Source: Clostridiales bacterium (GTDB lineage Bacteria > Bacillota > Dehalobacteriia > UBA4068). From it: a stretch of DNA of 64,000 nucleotides. Below the pieces are notes generated by a model. That model did not search any database. It had not been told where the DNA came from and was given only the letters and a program-made list of their open reading frames with translations. A program made the translations under genes and the position numbers. Positions 59,819-64,000 of the stretch are shown here, piece after piece; position 1 is the first letter of the stretch, and every line of letters starts with the position of its first letter. The stretch spans positions 824,213-888,212 of the forward strand of contig JAXGOI010000001.1 of NCBI GenBank assembly GCA_040767605.1, written 5' to 3'.

Positions 59819-61006
59819 TCAGGCTTTGGCAATAGTTTTGCCAAATTCAACCGCCGCTTTTTTAGAATCCTCATCCGGATTCCACAATGTTTTATAACCC
59901 TCGCCAATAACTTTAAAGCCTGCATCCGCCATTAATTCATTAATTAATTTAACAGATTCTCCGCTCCAGCCATAGCAGCCGAAGCCGGCGGCTTTTTTAT
60001 TTTTAAATTTAAGGGATTTTAAATAGCAAATTAAGCCGCCCACCGAGTGTAAAATATTATTCCCCATAGTTGGCGAGCCCACTACCACGGTTTTAGATTT
60101 AAAAATTTCTGTTACAATATCATTTATATCTTTTTTAGCCAAGCTAAAGGTTTTTACAACAACCTCTTTATCCTCTTGAATAATACCCTCCGCTATTCTT
60201 TCGGCCAGCTCTTTTGTGCCGTTCCACATAGTATCATAAACAATTGTAATTTGATTTTCCTGATAATCATTGGCCCATTGGGCATATTTTTCAACTATTT
60301 GCATGGGGTTATCCCGCCAGATAACACCATGGCTGGTTGCAATAATATCTATGGGCAAATTCAGGGCAATTACCTCATCCAGCTTTTTCCGGAGAATAGC
60401 GCTGAAAGGCGTCAGGATATTCGCATAATATTTAATACATTCCTCAAATAAATTGCACTGGTCTACCTGATCGTTAAAAAGCTTTTCATTGGCATAATGC
60501 TGCCCGAAGGCGTCATTGCTGAATAAAATATTATCCCCAGTTAAATATGTTGCCATGCTGTCCGGCCAGTGGAGCATTTTCATTTCCACAAAAACCAGGC
60601 TCTTGCCATTGCCGATATCCAGGGAATCCCCGGTTTTAACTACTTTAAAATTCCAGTCTTTATGGTATTGCCCCTTTAAGGATTTTACCGCGCTTTCCGT
60701 ACAATATATAGGTGTATCCGGAATATGTTTCATTAATTCGGGGAGGGCGCCGCTATGGTCTACCTCGCCATGGTTTGCGATAATATAATCGATTTTATTT
60801 AAATCAATTTCTTTGGCTAGATTATTAACAAACTCCTCTGCAAAGGGCATCCAAACCGTATCAATTAAGACGGTTTTTTCCTCCTCAACTAAATAAGAAT
60901 TATAGGTTGAGCCTTTATGAGTGGAAAATTCATCGCCGTGAAATTTCTGCAAATCCCAATCCACTTTACCAACCCAGCAAACATTATTTTTAACTCTCTT
61001 TTTCAT
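59819..61006 (-). CDS. fprA: Flavodiiron protein (FprA, O2/NO reductase)
   Basis: GSTYNSYL, NHGEVDH, LHWPD, NDAFG, YDTMWNGT, YGWSGE. Confidence 0.95.
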   Translation of the reverse strand: MKKRVKNNVCWVGKVDWDLQKFHGDEFSTHKGSTYNSYLVEEEKTVLIDTVWMPFAEEFVNNLAKEIDLNKIDYIIANHGEVDHSGALPELMKHIPDTPIYCTESAVKSLKGQYHKDWNFKVVKTGDSLDIGNGKSLVFVEMKMLHWPDSMATYLTGDNILFSNDAFGQHYANEKLFNDQVDQCNLFEECIKYYANILTPFSAILRKKLDEVIALNLPIDIIATSHGVIWRDNPMQIVEKYAQWANDYQENQITIVYDTMWNGTKELAERIAEGIIQEDKEVVVKTFSLAKKDINDIVTEIFKSKTVVVGSPTMGNNILHSVGGLICYLKSLKFKNKKAAGFGCYGWSGESVKLINELMADAGFKVIGEGYKTLWNPDEDSKKAAVEFGKTIAKA

Positions 61007-61412
61007 AAAGCAACACTTCCTTTCGTTCCGTATAAAAGTAGATTATCCGTATTATATTTTTATTATACCCTCCAAAGGGGATATATACAATCCCGTTTAA
61101 AATATTGCGCCTTGGTAGCTTAAAAAATAAAACCTTAAACCGGATAGTAAGCATATTAATATATCTTATACAAAAATAAAAAGAGGCCAGGTAAATTAAG
61201 ACCGCGTGGGAACCCTTTGTATAAAGGATTTTATGCTGTAATAAACGAATAATAAGCTATAGACCTTAACTGAAACCCATATAACATATAATACAGAAGC
61301 TTACACCAAAAAAACATTATTTGCCATAATGCGGAGGGGAAACCTAGTTTGTTAAAATATAAATATAAGAATTAGGCATTCGGCAGCTTTGCAGTTATGG
61401 GGGGGGGTATAG

Positions 61413-62273
61413 GTGCTTCCGGTTAAAAAACTATATACAATCGGCCAGGTATCACAAATTACAGGCATTAGCAGCAGAATGCTGCGGTATTACGAAAAAA
61501 AGGAAATACTTATGCCGGCGGAGAGAAGCCCGGAAAACAATTACCGCCTTTATACGGAAAAACAATTAGAAGAATTGCTGCTATTTAAGGAGCTTAACCG
61601 GGTAGGGTTTTCAATGGAGAACCTTATAAATATTTTTGAAGACCGTGATTTAAGCTCTTTGCAAAAAGAACTGGAAAATAAAATCCAGCTTGCAAATAAA
61701 GAAATTCTCGATGCAATCCGTAATTATGTCCATATAAATGAACTCCATTTTAGGGTGCTAAAATCCCTAAACATTTTGCAAAGCAAAAATACTATTGCAT
61801 CTAATTCGGTTATTAATTTAATTGATATGCCCGATCAAGAAGTAGTTTTTATCCGCTATTATGGTCTATTTAACAGCAGAGAAATATTTATGGAAAAGGT
61901 TGGGGAATTATATCGCTTAATAAAAAAATATAATCTGTTTACCTTAGGCCCCCTATTTGTTATCTTTCATGATCAATACCTTACATCATTCAATATGGTA
62001 AAGGGAGATGTGGAAATTTGTGTACCTCTGGAAAACACGGATACAAAATGCCCTAATATCAGAACCCTTAAGGCTTTCAGGGCCATTTCACATCTGCTTG
62101 TGGGTCCATATTCGCAGCTTGAAACCACATATAAAGCGCTGGAACTCTGGGGCAGGGAACATAATTTTAAGCTGTCGGGCTCTTCTCTTGAAGAATATGT
62201 AGTAAACCCCACAATGACTTCCGTAGATAATAATTATGCAACCCAAATATATTTGCCAATAATAAAGGATTAA
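61413..62273 (+). CDS. MerR-family regulator with GyrI-like effector domain (BmrR type)
   Basis: YTIGQVS...MLRYYE..NNYRLY; C-terminal GPYSQL, EEY. Confidence 0.9.
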   Translation: MLPVKKLYTIGQVSQITGISSRMLRYYEKKEILMPAERSPENNYRLYTEKQLEELLLFKELNRVGFSMENLINIFEDRDLSSLQKELENKIQLANKEILDAIRNYVHINELHFRVLKSLNILQSKNTIASNSVINLIDMPDQEVVFIRYYGLFNSREIFMEKVGELYRLIKKYNLFTLGPLFVIFHDQYLTSFNMVKGDVEICVPLENTDTKCPNIRTLKAFRAISHLLVGPYSQLETTYKALELWGREHNFKLSGSSLEEYVVNPTMTSVDNNYATQIYLPIIKD

Positions 62274-62569
62274 TAGCTATAAAAACCTACTTAGAAATTC
62301 CCAACAAAAAAAAGATGAGCAAATAACACATTTTTAGGTCTTCGCCATTGGCGAAGACCATTTTTATGTTCTTTTAAGCAAGTTTCTGTAAATAATCAAA
62401 CAGGTCTTATTCTGCTTCTTTTGTTATTCTAAATAGTTATAATATCATATATGACCCGATAGAAAACTCCCCTCTGTATAGCCCTGAATTTTATTATTTC
62501 AGGTGTCTGCACAAAGGGGAGCATATCCCCGATGTTACTATAGATTTTTGTTTTTATATTTTTAAAATA

Positions 62570-63991
62570 TTAATCCGTGCTTTCCGCCTGTACCTTTTTC
62601 TCCCACTCAACAAGTCTGTTCTCTTCGGGTTTTGTCAGCAAGGAAACAGCAATAATTGTAACTAACCCCGCCAAAACCCCGTATATAATTGTCATATTAG
62701 AACTCATGCCAAGCTTCATTACCCCTCCGATAAAAACCACCATACTTACAATCATAGATGATACGGCAGCCTTTGTTGTGCATCTATTCCAGAATAGAGC
62801 AGCTAGGGTAGGAACAAGCATACCCCCTACTAAAACACCGTAACTGAAATCCAGGGCAACTAAAATATCCTGAAGCCTTAGGGCTACAATAATAGTCAAA
62901 ACACCTATTATAAGCAATGAATTACGAAGATATTTTAATTTTTGATCATCCGTTAAATCCTTTTTAAAAGGTGCAATTAAGTCATAAACTACCACAGTAC
63001 CCGCGGATAGAAAAGGTCCGTCCATTGTAGACATAATTGCAGATAAGCAACCGCCAATAATAAGCCCGGCAAAACCAACCGGCAGATAGTTTACAATCAT
63101 CCTTCCATATGCCATTTGAGGGTCTTCCAAACCCGGTATAAGTATAGCAGCACACATACCGATGATTACTACTCCTATGCCGTATAGCCAGGCAAAGCCC
63201 ATAGCAGCTACAGAACCGACTTTGGCAACCTTAACGCTTTTTGCCGTAAACAGCCGCTGCCACATAGATTGGTCAACAAAAATCCCTAATGTGTAAAGAA
63301 CAAAGAAAGAAAATATTCTTTCCCAACCAACCGAGGTAACACTGAAATATGATGGTTCAAGTGATGTGGCGAGGCTGGAAAAACCACCCGCATTATATAG
63401 GGCAATAGGTACAAAAACAAATAATACTCCAACCATAAGTATTATCCACTGAAAAAAGTCCGTGTATGATACTGCCCACATTCCGCCCATATAAGAATAT
63501 GCAATCCCAACTATACCACCAATTAGCATCGATAAAACAAGGTTCCAGCCCAAAAGGGAATTGAGCAAAGTGCCCATGGCTATAACCTGCACAACAGAGA
63601 GAGTCATTAAAAATACCACCATAAAAATAGAGCATAGTAATTGAGCCGTACGATTATAACGGATACCTAAAAGCTGTCCTAAGGTAGTCAGTTTTGATTT
63701 TATCAGCCTGCTGCTGAAAAAGATCCCCAGCAAACCAACACCAAGGGCCAGGAGAAATACAAACCAAAAGCCTGAAATTCCAAATTCATACCCCAAGCGC
63801 GCGCTGCTTAAAGTAGAAGCTCCACCAAGAATTAGGGCACACATGCAGGGGGTAAATAGCCATATTTTTAAACCCCTGTTTGCAACCAGATAGCCCTCAA
63901 TATTTTCGGTTCTTTTTTTAGTAAAATAACCAACCAACAACATACCGATAAGATAGGCAATAACTACAATAATATCCAGTGTCCTACTCAA
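62570..63991 (-). CDS. Sodium:solute symporter (SSS family)
   Basis: YLVANRGL, GGMWAVSYTDFFQ, QSMWQR, SAIMST; about 13 TM helices. Confidence 0.92.
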   Translation of the reverse strand: MSRTLDIIVVIAYLIGMLLVGYFTKKRTENIEGYLVANRGLKIWLFTPCMCALILGGASTLSSARLGYEFGISGFWFVFLLALGVGLLGIFFSSRLIKSKLTTLGQLLGIRYNRTAQLLCSIFMVVFLMTLSVVQVIAMGTLLNSLLGWNLVLSMLIGGIVGIAYSYMGGMWAVSYTDFFQWIILMVGVLFVFVPIALYNAGGFSSLATSLEPSYFSVTSVGWERIFSFFVLYTLGIFVDQSMWQRLFTAKSVKVAKVGSVAAMGFAWLYGIGVVIIGMCAAILIPGLEDPQMAYGRMIVNYLPVGFAGLIIGGCLSAIMSTMDGPFLSAGTVVVYDLIAPFKKDLTDDQKLKYLRNSLLIIGVLTIIVALRLQDILVALDFSYGVLVGGMLVPTLAALFWNRCTTKAAVSSMIVSMVVFIGGVMKLGMSSNMTIIYGVLAGLVTIIAVSLLTKPEENRLVEWEKKVQAESTD

Positions 63992-64000
63992 GCTAAACCC

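Overview
Chromosomal window from a low-GC, spore-forming anaerobic Bacillota (Clostridia-like). The assignment is inferred from cotJABC, SLH and copper-amine-oxidase-N-like domain proteins, SigA/SigK-type promoters and a Cheo-type SOS box. Most genes are housekeeping or accessory: an MMPL + Pip-like pair, tRNA-Ser/Ser/Arg-serS, sfsA, a D,D-carboxypeptidase, argF, dinB, msrAB, cotJABC, cls, flavodoxin, an SLH protein, guanine deaminase, the FMN-riboswitch ribDEAH operon, EAL-HDOD, metY-metA, MATE, a Crp/Fnr hemerythrin-Ric-P1B ATPase module, arsR-permease, nagB, fprA, MerR and a sodium:solute symporter. Three observations stand out. (1) An ~11.4 kb catabolic cluster (48.3-59.7 kb), bracketed by a ~60-bp direct repeat, encodes a HisB/IGPD-fold protein lacking most phosphate-binding residues, two GldA-family dehydrogenases, an M20A deacylase, a BMP-type ABC importer and an XRE-cupin regulator; it may be an undescribed pathway. 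(2) An unannotated 30-aa Met/Cys-rich leader peptide and an intrinsic terminator precede metY-metA, suggesting ribosome-mediated attenuation. (3) A CPG-motif P1B ATPase lies in a probable NO/iron-stress regulon with a recurring palindromic operator. No CRISPR array, integrase, transposase or rRNA was found. All functional calls come from motif recognition by eye; no database searches were run.
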